The position numbers and the translations under genes are program-made. Under the pieces are notes generated by a model. That model did not search any database and was not told the origin of the DNA. It worked only from the letters and a program-made list of their open reading frames with translations. A DNA stretch of 64,000 bases from the IMG/VR virus record IMGVR_UViG_3300002143_000153, positions 1 to 64,000 of that record; one strand, written 5' to 3'. The DNA comes from a virus. Shown here in pieces: positions 38,467 to 48,300 of the stretch (its first letter is position 1; every line of letters begins with the position of its first letter).

Positions 38467-40296
38467 ATGAAAAAACAAAATATTGAAGTTGAAGGTGGAG
38501 AATTATTAATAATGTCAAAAGAAGGACATTATGCAGTAATACCAGCTAAACATAGACAAGAAGTAATGGATATTATTAAAGATGGTTGTGATAATTGTAT
38601 TAATAATTATATACAAACATTACCTAAAGATAGTGATTATGCAGAAGATGGTACAGTTATATCTGAATTATATAAACAAAAAACTGGTAAAGATTGGAGT
38701 ACAGCTAAACAAGAAGGATTAACTACTGGTAGTTATGATGATAACATGAAATTAAGAGATAGATTAGTAAAAGGTGAATTTGATAATAAACAAATGAACA
38801 GTAATAATTCTAAACAAATTATCAATAATACCACTCAAAATCAGGATTATACAAAAGCTAAAGATTTTAATGAGGCTTTTAAAATAGCAAGAAACCAATT
38901 AGGAACTAATCAAATATTTGAATATCAAGGTAGAAAATATGGAACTAATATATTAGGTGAGAAGTTTGAACCTTCTGAAGAAGTATTAATAAAAGCTAAT
39001 ATGAATAAACCAGAAGTAAAACAAAGATTAAACAAACAAAATAATATGGTATCTTCTGTTTATTCAGATAAGAAAACAACTAAAGTTGTACCAGAATACC
39101 AGGATTGGGATAAGGTAAAAAAGAGAACTAAAGAATTAAATAAAATGAGCCAAGCTGATATAATAACAGGTTATCATAAAGATTCAGAAGAACAGTACCT
39201 AGTATTAGACAAAAAGAGGGGAAAGATGCATTTATATAAAGGAGATAAAGAAATATCTTCATATAACGTAGGAACTGGAGCTAATGTTGGAGATGAGCAG
39301 ACAAAAACAGTAGTTAAAAACGGTAAAGTTGATTGGGATGCCGGAAATAAGATGACAGGAGCTGGTATATATACAGTATCAGGAGTAAATCCTAAGAATA
39401 GTCATTATTCTGATGCACCTACTTGGAATTTTAAAAATGAACAAGGTATTGAAGTTCCTATGGCTATTCACAGTAGTTTTGGGGATAGAACAGCTAAACT
39501 AAAAGATAATGATGAAACTAATAATAGGCTCTCTAATGGTTGTATAAATGGTATTTGTTACAATCTTAAAGAACTTTATAAAAATGGATACAAAGAAGGA
39601 CAAAAGTTGTATGTACTTCCTGATGACGAAAGCAATTCATACACATTGAGTAACGGAAAGTTAATTCTAAAATCAAATGATAACAATGTAAATAAAACAG
39701 TTAATACACTAAATTACAAACCAATTAAAATAGTATACCCTAAAGATTACAGTCCTGAAATTCCTAAAATGGCAAGTAGTATAGTAAATAACAAACAAAA
39801 CCTAATGAAAGATTTAAAAATAAATGGAGATATCTATAATGACATAGCAGAACTTACTCTTGGTGTAGCTGGTCAAGAAACTGACTATGGAAATTCTGTA
39901 AAATATAAATTAAAAACAGAATTAGTACAAGACGCATTAAAAACAGTTACAGGAAATAACAGTTATAATAGTAAGGGGATAACCCAAATTAAATATGATG
40001 CTCAAATTAAAAATGAAGAAGTAGCTAAATTATTTAATAAATATGGAATTACTAAAGATAACTTAGAAAGCGGGGATAAAGCTGCTATTGCTCAATTAAT
40101 ACTCTTTGCTACAATGTATAAATATGAACTTCCTAACTATAAAGATGTAAATATAGATGATATGGATAAACTGCTGTATTTAAATCAAGGTAAGTCAAGT
40201 GAATTAAAAAATAAAACAGCAACACCCAATGAAAATATTTATATAAGAAATGTAAAAGAATATAAAAATAAATTTAAACTTAAAGAACTTAATTAG
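38467..40296 (+). CDS. L,D-transpeptidase (YkuD-like) fused to a lytic-transglycosylase/lysozyme-like domain
   Basis: LVLDK..MHLY..VGTG..TGAGIYTV..AIH..SNGCIN; C-terminal QETDYG..KGITQIK..LNQG..YIRNV. Confidence 0.7.
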   Translation: MKKQNIEVEGGELLIMSKEGHYAVIPAKHRQEVMDIIKDGCDNCINNYIQTLPKDSDYAEDGTVISELYKQKTGKDWSTAKQEGLTTGSYDDNMKLRDRLVKGEFDNKQMNSNNSKQIINNTTQNQDYTKAKDFNEAFKIARNQLGTNQIFEYQGRKYGTNILGEKFEPSEEVLIKANMNKPEVKQRLNKQNNMVSSVYSDKKTTKVVPEYQDWDKVKKRTKELNKMSQADIITGYHKDSEEQYLVLDKKRGKMHLYKGDKEISSYNVGTGANVGDEQTKTVVKNGKVDWDAGNKMTGAGIYTVSGVNPKNSHYSDAPTWNFKNEQGIEVPMAIHSSFGDRTAKLKDNDETNNRLSNGCINGICYNLKELYKNGYKEGQKLYVLPDDESNSYTLSNGKLILKSNDNNVNKTVNTLNYKPIKIVYPKDYSPEIPKMASSIVNNKQNLMKDLKINGDIYNDIAELTLGVAGQETDYGNSVKYKLKTELVQDALKTVTGNNSYNSKGITQIKYDAQIKNEEVAKLFNKYGITKDNLESGDKAAIAQLILFATMYKYELPNYKDVNIDDMDKLLYLNQGKSSELKNKTATPNENIYIRNVKEYKNKFKLKELN

Positions 40297-40297
40297 T

Positions 40298-40744
40298 ATG
40301 AGCTGCAACCCAACATATAAAGGAAAAAGATATAACTCTTTAGAGGAGTTATATAAAGTTAATGGAATTAATCCACAACAAAAACAACAAGCTCAACAAC
40401 AATATTCTCATGCAGGTGTACCTGCAATACAAGCTAATGAAGTTGAAGAACAAACTGATGATTTTGATGAAATAGATGTTGAAGATATACTTGATAATGA
40501 TACCTTTGATGAACTAAATGATTTAGGAATGGAATTTAAAAATAAGTTTTCATCTGTAGAAAATATAGATATCAAAATTAGTAACTTTTATGATGAGTAT
40601 ATTGATGGTAAGAAAGAAGCACAAGAATCTTTAAAGGCTGCTAGAATAGGAACAACACTAGAAGGTTTCTCTGAATCATTTAAAAAGAGCGGGTTTACAA
40701 AAATTGAAGAGTACCTAGATGATCAAAAATGCCATATAAAATAA
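40298..40744 (+). CDS. Chimeric acidic protein, probably carrying the displaced C-terminus of the RNAP
   Basis: DDFDEIDVEDIL..NKFSSV..IDIKISN resembles RNAP DDFDDIDFEDIL..NKFTFSSV..IDDINISD. Confidence 0.45.
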   Translation: MSCNPTYKGKRYNSLEELYKVNGINPQQKQQAQQQYSHAGVPAIQANEVEEQTDDFDEIDVEDILDNDTFDELNDLGMEFKNKFSSVENIDIKISNFYDEYIDGKKEAQESLKAARIGTTLEGFSESFKKSGFTKIEEYLDDQKCHIK

Positions 40745-40750
40745 TATAAA

Positions 40751-43700
40751 ATGAGTAAATGTTATAATAAAAATACCGCGGAGTATAAAGCTTTACAAAC
40801 AGCATTTCCAAATGATGCTGCTGTAAATAACGTAATTTCACAATGGCAAAACCTAACAAAACTGGATGAGTTTCCAACTGTTATACAAGCTAAAAAAATA
40901 ATTAAGGATGGTAAAGTTGCATTTTCTTTAAAGCAAAGAAGTTTTGCTGAGTCTTTACTAGGTAATTTAAGCCGTTTGAAAATGGCAAGTAAATCCAATA
41001 AGCATGGTGGGTATTACTATGTTAACAATACTCTGGAAAATCAAAGAGTATATGATAAAGATGCTTTAGAAAACAATAGAAAAAGAATAGTAAGATACCT
41101 TAGCATCAATAATATTCCTGAAGGTACTGTTACTTTAGCAAAAACAAAAAGATCTTATAGGGTAACTATAAATGAAGATATGTTTACTGCTAAAGATATA
41201 TTACCTAAAACTAGAAATAATACAGGCACACATACCACCGATGTTTTAAGTCACTTAAAAAGAATATTTCCAGATTTAAGTATATACATACCATCAGTAG
41301 AAAAAGCTGAAGCTTATTATAATAGTTTAGATCCATCTGTAAAAAGCGGAGTTCCTTTTTCTGAAGTTAAATCTTTTTATTATGATGGTAATGTAATTCT
41401 TATAAAAGGACGTGTTGATAATGAAACAGCAATTGAAGAAGTACTGCATGCATTTACAGATACTTTAGCTTATGTAAAGCCTGATTTATTTAAAAGTCTT
41501 TTGGAAGAAGCTAAAAAAACATTTCCTGTATTAAGTCAAGAGATAGAAGATGCTTATACTAAAAGAAGAAAGTTTACTCAAAAACAAAGAGATCTAGAGT
41601 TAGTAACACAAGCTTTAACAAGACACTTTGCTAAAGAGTATGAAACAGAACCTACTAAATCTTTTTTAGCAAGAGTTGCTGACATGCTTAAATGGTTTGC
41701 TAGTGTCATTAAAGACTTACATAAATTTATTACAGTCAATGGTATAATCAAATTAAAAGTTGAAGATATTAAATCAACAACTAAAATGTCTGATATTGCT
41801 AAATTATTAAATACTAGTGAAATACAATTTGAGTTAACTAAACCTAAACAGTCACAAGTAAGATATGCATTATCAGATGAGAAAGCTGAATACTTAAAAA
41901 GAATTCTTAAGCCTGCTAATCCAGTGCAAACTCAGATGGCTAATAAGTTATTAAGTGTTGTGCAAAATACAGATAGCGTTGAAGATTCTTATTCTGTAAG
42001 CAAAGCTAATTTAAATGAAGGTGATGATATTGTAATTTTAAATGAAGCTGATCATACTTATTATAATCTTTTTGATCTAAAAAAAGAATATACTTCTGCT
42101 ACAACAGCAATTAATGGTAAGATGAGTAATGTAGAACAAGACAATGTTAAACTCAATCTTGAAATTGGAAATGATTTTGATAGCATTGCTGAAGGTATTG
42201 CAGCATGGAAAACTTTTGATGAAATAAAAGGTAGCATTAAAAAGTTAAGTGAAGAGCAAGCAGTGAAAGCTTACTCTGAACTATATGATTATATTAATAA
42301 TTCAATAAGAAAACCGGGTGATATAATAATTCCTCAAGTTGTTGTGCATGATGATAAAACAGGTCTTGCTGGAACTATTGACTTTTTATTAATAACACCT
42401 CAAGGTAAATTAAAAATCATTGACATTAAAACAAGTAAATACAAGTACGCTACAACAGAAAATACTAAGTATGATGAACCTTGGGATATAAAGCCTGACT
42501 CTAGACTTTATCCTTATAATGTAAAACGTCTTTCAGCAAAACAAAAACATAATCTTCAAGTAAACTTGTATAGAAGAATGCTTGAAAATATGGGTTATGA
42601 AATTGAAGATTCTGATCAAGCTACAAGTACTTATCATATTTGGGTTGATATTACAGGTTCCAAAAAAGATCAAGTATGGGCTGGTAATTTTGAATTAGAA
42701 CAACCTTATTTTCATCCCATTACAGAAAATGAATTTTATGTTAATGCACTTATACCTAAAAATGTAAATACCATTTCAAAGAATAAGATTGATAATGCAC
42801 GTAAAGAGTCTGATGATTATCCATTAATGAATGATGAAGATTTTGCTGATATAAGTTCTGATATGGGTATGACAGATGATGCTGGTGGTATTGAATTTGA
42901 ACTTCTATTTCAAGGATTAGAAAATTACAGAACAAAGTTAATTCAAAGAATTGAAGTTTTAAAAACGGTAAAAGGAGCCATATTCACAGACCTAAGTAAA
43001 GAACAAACAATTAAAAGATTAAACCTAGCTATAACAAATGTTACACTAGCTTTAACTTCAGGTAATGGTCAAAAAGCTTCTGATATATATACAAAGTTTC
43101 TTACAGATTCAATAAGGGAAGTAGAAACTTTAGAAAAATATTTGATAGATGAAAATAATATAGCTAACTCTGATTACATTTCAAAAGCTAGAAACGCTAA
43201 ATCATTTGCAGAATCTTTTGAAGGTTTGACAAGTATTTCTTCTACTTATGGTAATCTTAATTCAACACAAACTAAATTAAAAGATAATTTAATTAATAGT
43301 TTAAATAGACTTGCTGGGTCTACAATAAATCAAAGAATAAGTATTGCTGATAAAGCTATATTAAAGCATGTTCAAAAACTAACAAAAGACACAAGTACAA
43401 AAGAGATGTCAGATGAAGAATTTGAATTGTTATTTAAAGAAGCTGAAAAAATAACAGGAGCAACATTAAATTTTACAGATATAACTACATCTAGTGATAC
43501 TCTTTTAGCTGTAATGAAAAAAATATGGCATCAAAAAAGAGAAGAAGCTTTAGATAAAATTGGTGAAAGAGAGCAAGCAATTGTAGCTGCAGGGTCTTAT
43601 CTTAGAAAACTTTCTCCTGGATCAACAGATAAAGAAGTTTTTGAATTTATAATTGAAACAGATGATAAAGGAAATCACACAGGTCGTTATGTTGTTGAAA

Positions 43701-46477
43701 TAGGTGAGCAATATTGGAATATATATGATGAACTTGAAAAACAAATAAATGATACAGATGGCACAAGATTACAGTATAGAGAAATACTTGATTTAGAAAA
43801 TGCAAATCCTAAAGATATAGAATTCAATAAAGATTTATATCATAAGAAAAAAGCTTGGAATAAGTTTTTAAATCCTGAAACTAGAAATGGTTCTGATTAT
43901 TCAGATGGTGATTATCATTACTATACTGAAGAATTTAAAACAATAAGATCTGAATATAAAGAATTTATACCCGTTGGTGAAAATGGTTATTGGCAATTTA
44001 AAAGCAACATTTCAGCAGATGAACAATCTTATTATAATTTAACGTACACAAATGCGGTTGAATACTATAAATCTCAAAATATTGAGGATATACCTACAGG
44101 TATGGTTATTAAAACTTTTGGTAATTTTCCTTTAAAGAAATATATAAAGATAAGAGACTTCAGCAGTGCTGGTAAAGACATGCGTAGTACTAAGTATAAA
44201 ACTATTATGGATGCTGCTTCTGGGGATGCTTTAGGGCAAGCCAGAAAATCTTTTTATATGGTTGTAAAGAAGTATTATGAGGATGGTATGCTAAAACAAA
44301 TTCCTGAGAACGTTAGAGATTATATGTTAGGTAAAACACCTAGAATACAAGCTAATCTTGCAAATCAACTTGCTAAAAGTCCTGCTCCAGTAACTAGTTT
44401 TTTAGCTAGAACTAAGGAAAATATAAAAGATTTCTTTACAGAAACAACACGTTTAAGTAGAGTTAACGTAGATGAAAAAGGTGAAATTGTAGATTCATTA
44501 CCAATTATGTTTGTTGGTACACTAAAAGATGATGAATCAATAAAAAAACTTCAAGATGAAATTGAAGAGCTTAAACAAAAATATGCTAACTCTGAAATAA
44601 CTTCTACCTTTTATGATATAAAAATAAAAGAACTACAATCTAAAGAAATAAGTTTAAGAAGTAAACCAAGAGCTGAAGAGTTAAGTTGGGATGTTGTTTC
44701 AACGTTACTTACATTTAGTGTAATGGCTCAGACATATGAGACAATGTCATCAATAGAAGATACACTATTATCTTTTGTTAAAGTTATAGAAGATAGAAAG
44801 TATAAAGAACCCTCTTCTTCTAAAGCAAAAAAAATGATATCTGCAAAATTTTCTAGTACATTCAATAGAAAAGGTGGTGATGTAGAAGCTTTAGCAGAAG
44901 GTAGAGATTCTAATAATGCTAAACACGCAAGAGCATTTATGAATATGGTATTCTATGATAATGCTGAAGTTACTAAAGGTATGGCTGAAAAAGCTGTAGA
45001 TAAAGTTATACAATACAGTTCATTAGCTTATGTAGGCTTTAACGTTTTTGGTAACTTTAATAACTATGTTTTAGGTAGAATAAATAATGGTATAGAAAGC
45101 ATGGGTCAAAGATTTGTTTCTAGAGAAGCTTATGTAAGAGCGTCTAAAGAATTTAATAAAAGAGCTATTGCCGATCTAATTCATAGAACATCATACCTAG
45201 CCATCAAAAAAACAACTGGTGCAAAATATGATCCTTATAAAGCAATAAGTAAATATGAAGCTTTTGTTGACTTATATAGAATGATGGATCAAAAGTCTGA
45301 TCTTAGAGAAGTTGGTAGAAATTATGATGAAAAAAGTTTTTATCAAAAGTATGTTGCAGGCATAGGTTATATATTCCAAGATGCAGCTGAGTATAATGTT
45401 CAGACTAAAATGGGTATGGCTATAGTAATGGATACATATATACTTAATGAATCAACCGGGCAAATTTTAAGTTTGTACGATGCATTTGATTTTAATGGTG
45501 AACAAGAATTACAACTTAAAGAAGGGTTTACTAAAATGGTAAAACCTAAAAAAGATATACCAACATTTAAAACAATGCTTCAAGGGAATGTTTATCAAAA
45601 AGATGCTTCTGGTAATTTAATTTATGATATACAAGGTGACTATAATGAAAAGTTTAGATATGATCTTAGGATGAAAATTCGTGAGGTTAATAAACAAATC
45701 CATGGTAACTATGCTTATGAAGATAGAATGGTTATTCAAGTTCATACTTGGGGTAAACTACTAGCTCAATTTCATAAATGGGTTGTTCCTGCAATTAGGG
45801 CTAGATTTCAAAAAAAGTATTTTGATGAAAATTTAGGCTGGTTGGAAGGACGTTATAACTCTTATGCTAACTTTATGGTTTATTTGTTTAAGAATATTGC
45901 AAAAACAAAAGATACTGAAAAAAGCATAATAGAAAACTGGATGATAGATACAGGTTTTAAAAATAATAATTCTCAGAAAGATGAACAGTTTATAAATGCT
46001 GCTTTAAATGTACATAGAACAAATGCGGAACTTGCAATTTTAATAGCTACTATAATAACTCTAAATTTATTAAAAGGTATATGGGCTGATGATGATGATG
46101 ATGAAACAGTTAAAAGACTTAAAAATTTATCATTGTATCAATTAAGTAGAGTAAGATCTGAGATGCAATTATTTTTACCTTTACTTGGTGTATCAGATGC
46201 CTTACAGTTTTTTGAAAGTCCTTTTGCAACAACTAAAGTTTTAGGCGAATTTGGTGATGTAATGGATAAATCTTGGGATTTAATGGCTGGTGGTGCAAGA
46301 TATTATATTACAGGTAATGATGAAGATTGGTATGGGAATAAAAATGTTTATTACCAAAGAGGTAGAAGAGCTGGTCAAAAGAAAATTACCAAAGAAATAA
46401 TTGATTTAGGACCAGGATTGTTAGTTTGGAAGAAATGGGATGATGCTATTCAGAATAACACTTTTTATATTGATTAA
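40751..46477 (+). CDS. Large virion protein with degenerate zincin motif, PD-(D/E)xK nuclease domain and C-terminal hydrophobic helix
   Basis: AIEEVLH; AGTIDFL..KIIDIKTS..QVNLY; ELAILIATIITLNLL. Confidence 0.7.
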   Translation: MSKCYNKNTAEYKALQTAFPNDAAVNNVISQWQNLTKLDEFPTVIQAKKIIKDGKVAFSLKQRSFAESLLGNLSRLKMASKSNKHGGYYYVNNTLENQRVYDKDALENNRKRIVRYLSINNIPEGTVTLAKTKRSYRVTINEDMFTAKDILPKTRNNTGTHTTDVLSHLKRIFPDLSIYIPSVEKAEAYYNSLDPSVKSGVPFSEVKSFYYDGNVILIKGRVDNETAIEEVLHAFTDTLAYVKPDLFKSLLEEAKKTFPVLSQEIEDAYTKRRKFTQKQRDLELVTQALTRHFAKEYETEPTKSFLARVADMLKWFASVIKDLHKFITVNGIIKLKVEDIKSTTKMSDIAKLLNTSEIQFELTKPKQSQVRYALSDEKAEYLKRILKPANPVQTQMANKLLSVVQNTDSVEDSYSVSKANLNEGDDIVILNEADHTYYNLFDLKKEYTSATTAINGKMSNVEQDNVKLNLEIGNDFDSIAEGIAAWKTFDEIKGSIKKLSEEQAVKAYSELYDYINNSIRKPGDIIIPQVVVHDDKTGLAGTIDFLLITPQGKLKIIDIKTSKYKYATTENTKYDEPWDIKPDSRLYPYNVKRLSAKQKHNLQVNLYRRMLENMGYEIEDSDQATSTYHIWVDITGSKKDQVWAGNFELEQPYFHPITENEFYVNALIPKNVNTISKNKIDNARKESDDYPLMNDEDFADISSDMGMTDDAGGIEFELLFQGLENYRTKLIQRIEVLKTVKGAIFTDLSKEQTIKRLNLAITNVTLALTSGNGQKASDIYTKFLTDSIREVETLEKYLIDENNIANSDYISKARNAKSFAESFEGLTSISSTYGNLNSTQTKLKDNLINSLNRLAGSTINQRISIADKAILKHVQKLTKDTSTKEMSDEEFELLFKEAEKITGATLNFTDITTSSDTLLAVMKKIWHQKREEALDKIGEREQAIVAAGSYLRKLSPGSTDKEVFEFIIETDDKGNHTGRYVVEIGEQYWNIYDELEKQINDTDGTRLQYREILDLENANPKDIEFNKDLYHKKKAWNKFLNPETRNGSDYSDGDYHYYTEEFKTIRSEYKEFIPVGENGYWQFKSNISADEQSYYNLTYTNAVEYYKSQNIEDIPTGMVIKTFGNFPLKKYIKIRDFSSAGKDMRSTKYKTIMDAASGDALGQARKSFYMVVKKYYEDGMLKQIPENVRDYMLGKTPRIQANLANQLAKSPAPVTSFLARTKENIKDFFTETTRLSRVNVDEKGEIVDSLPIMFVGTLKDDESIKKLQDEIEELKQKYANSEITSTFYDIKIKELQSKEISLRSKPRAEELSWDVVSTLLTFSVMAQTYETMSSIEDTLLSFVKVIEDRKYKEPSSSKAKKMISAKFSSTFNRKGGDVEALAEGRDSNNAKHARAFMNMVFYDNAEVTKGMAEKAVDKVIQYSSLAYVGFNVFGNFNNYVLGRINNGIESMGQRFVSREAYVRASKEFNKRAIADLIHRTSYLAIKKTTGAKYDPYKAISKYEAFVDLYRMMDQKSDLREVGRNYDEKSFYQKYVAGIGYIFQDAAEYNVQTKMGMAIVMDTYILNESTGQILSLYDAFDFNGEQELQLKEGFTKMVKPKKDIPTFKTMLQGNVYQKDASGNLIYDIQGDYNEKFRYDLRMKIREVNKQIHGNYAYEDRMVIQVHTWGKLLAQFHKWVVPAIRARFQKKYFDENLGWLEGRYNSYANFMVYLFKNIAKTKDTEKSIIENWMIDTGFKNNNSQKDEQFINAALNVHRTNAELAILIATIITLNLLKGIWADDDDDETVKRLKNLSLYQLSRVRSEMQLFLPLLGVSDALQFFESPFATTKVLGEFGDVMDKSWDLMAGGARYYITGNDEDWYGNKNVYYQRGRRAGQKKITKEIIDLGPGLLVWKKWDDAIQNNTFYID

Positions 46478-46484
46478 ATAATAG

Positions 46485-46517
46485 AAAAGGGAGACTTAAA
46501 AAATCTCCCTTTTTTTT
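46485..46517. terminator. Bidirectional intrinsic terminator between convergent modules
   Basis: AAAAGGGAGA-CTTAAAAA-TCTCCCTTTTTTT. Confidence 0.85.
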
Positions 46518-47091
46518 ATTTGCCAATTTTCCAATACAACCCACCAGATAGGACAGGTTGTAATTCTTGATTAATACCTATACCGAGGCCGTACAGATGT
46601 TTCTTTTTGTTTTTGTACATTACTTGACCTCCAATGTAATTTAATTGCTTAGAAGAGCCCTGAAGACCTAATCCTATATACAATTCATTATTATTAACAT
46701 AAACTGTATTTGTTATTCTGGTTGTAGGATAAATCAACTCATATCTAATAGAACGTGAACTAATTTTATTCTGAGATATTGAATCTCTAATTGTTAGATT
46801 TAAGCTATCTAATTTTTGTATATCTTCATATACATATGTACTAAAGTAATCATTCAACACATATACTGTGTCTATAACAAGAGTGCTATCATATTGTTTT
46901 TGAATCACATTAATGTACTTTGGTTTGTAACGGGTTACTTCTTTTACAATAGTATCATAAGTAACTTCAATTTTAGTAATTGTAATTGGTCCAGCAGGTA
47001 TAGATTCTTTATTACAATTTCTCATTAAAATAATGGCAACTACTAATACTATAATTAGTATTGACTGAATATTACTAAAATACTTTTTCAT
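46516..47091 (-). CDS. Membrane-anchored protein with C-terminal beta-strands, possibly spanin-like
   Basis: N-terminal TM/lipobox-like IILMRNC; alternating beta-strands ending in GGLYWKIGK. Confidence 0.45.
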   Translation of the reverse strand: MKKYFSNIQSILIIVLVVAIILMRNCNKESIPAGPITITKIEVTYDTIVKEVTRYKPKYINVIQKQYDSTLVIDTVYVLNDYFSTYVYEDIQKLDSLNLTIRDSISQNKISSRSIRYELIYPTTRITNTVYVNNNELYIGLGLQGSSKQLNYIGGQVMYKNKKKHLYGLGIGINQELQPVLSGGLYWKIGK

Positions 47092-47943
47092 TTAGAACCA
47101 GTTTTTTGGATTAGCTTTCTTACCAGCTTTTTTTAAAGCATCTGCTGCATCTTGTAATCTTAAAGCTTCTGCGGCATTGTCTGCTTGTTTTTTTGTTTCT
47201 GCAGCTGTATCGTCCAATACTTTTTGTGCTGCTTTAGCATTTTCTTCTAATCTAAGTTTTTCTGCAGTTTCTTCTGCTAGTTTCTGAGCTGCTTCTTGTG
47301 CTGGTTTAGTATCTACACTTACTGAAAGGTCTACATCAACTCCAACTAAGAGGGCAAGTTTACCATCAACTCCAACGGTTGCAACACCATCATCCATTGT
47401 TGCACCACCACCAACACTACCGCCAGCTTGTACTCCAACTGATACACCTGCGCCTGCTTCTGCACCATTTCCACTTTCATCATATGTTCCAGTTGATGCA
47501 CCTACACCTACCGATGCTCCAGCTACTGCTCCCGCGTGTCCTTCTGCTCCATCCATTCCAACTTGTCCACCAACGGATACTCCAGCATTTGCTTGTGCTC
47601 CGGCATGAACTTCGGTTGTGTTTGTTACACCACCATATTCTACTGAGTTAGATACTCCAACTTCCACTGATGTTCCAACTTCTGCTCCGGCTTCTACTTT
47701 AGCATTTCTACCATCAAAGCCTGCTTCTGCTCCTGCTTCGGCATGAACTTCTGCTTCAGCATGCGCTTCTTGAGAGATAGTTACATCTCCAACTTTGTTA
47801 GTGTTTTCTACACCTGCGTGTACTTCTACATTAGCTTCAGCTCCTGCTGCTACTGATGTATCTGTAATTTCAGTTCCAGCACTTGCGTTTGCAGATGCTC
47901 CTAGGTTTTCATTACCTACTGTTTTATTTACTTCTTCTGACAT
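47092..47943 (-). CDS. Gly/Ala/Val-rich beta-repeat protein with C-terminal helical tail
   Basis: Repeated GAEAGA/VGVS strands; A/E/K-rich helix; ends NPKNWF. Confidence 0.6.
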   Translation of the reverse strand: MSEEVNKTVGNENLGASANASAGTEITDTSVAAGAEANVEVHAGVENTNKVGDVTISQEAHAEAEVHAEAGAEAGFDGRNAKVEAGAEVGTSVEVGVSNSVEYGGVTNTTEVHAGAQANAGVSVGGQVGMDGAEGHAGAVAGASVGVGASTGTYDESGNGAEAGAGVSVGVQAGGSVGGGATMDDGVATVGVDGKLALLVGVDVDLSVSVDTKPAQEAAQKLAEETAEKLRLEENAKAAQKVLDDTAAETKKQADNAAEALRLQDAADALKKAGKKANPKNWF

Positions 47944-47945
47944 AA

Positions 47946-48194
47946 TTATTTATTTGTTTTAAGTTCTAAAATTCTTTCAATATACAAGTTTTTCTGTTCT
48001 TCATATAATTTTTCTATTAATAGTTCTTGTTTTGCTTCAATATTTTCATGTCTAATGATTCTTTCTCTGAACATTTTATTTTGAAAATATATAACACCAA
48101 GCATTAAAACTATTGTAAAAGATTGCTCTTTTAATTTAGACAAAAATACTTCTAAAAAACTTGAAGGTATAGCATTTGATTCTTGTTCTTTCAC
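47946..48194 (-). CDS. Small single-TM plus coiled-coil protein (holin-like)
   Basis: FTIVLMLGVIYF hydrophobic segment followed by a charged helix. Confidence 0.45.
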   Translation of the reverse strand: MKEQESNAIPSSFLEVFLSKLKEQSFTIVLMLGVIYFQNKMFRERIIRHENIEAKQELLIEKLYEEQKNLYIERILELKTNK

Positions 48195-48207
48195 ACTATT
48201 AATATAC
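48194..48207 (-). promoter_or_regulatory. Putative phage late-promoter motif
   Basis: Reverse complement GTATATTAATAGTG, identical to the 15980 copy, abutting the GTG start. Confidence 0.55.
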
Positions 48208-48223
48208 GAATAATTAATTAAAC

Positions 48224-48252
48224 AAAAAAGGTTGATCCTTAGACCAACCTTT
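48224..48252 (-). terminator. Intrinsic terminator after nrdA
   Basis: Minus strand AAAGGTTG-GTCTAAGGAT-CAACCTTTTTT. Confidence 0.7.
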
Positions 48253-48300
48253 GATGCATAAATCTATCATTAATCACAAAAAATAGCTTTAATGTATGAA

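Noticed and set aside
38440-38470. Programmed frameshift fusing the RNAP to the L,D-transpeptidase
   Set aside because: The downstream frame has a stop at 38446-38448, there is no clear slippery site, and the gene has its own ATG.
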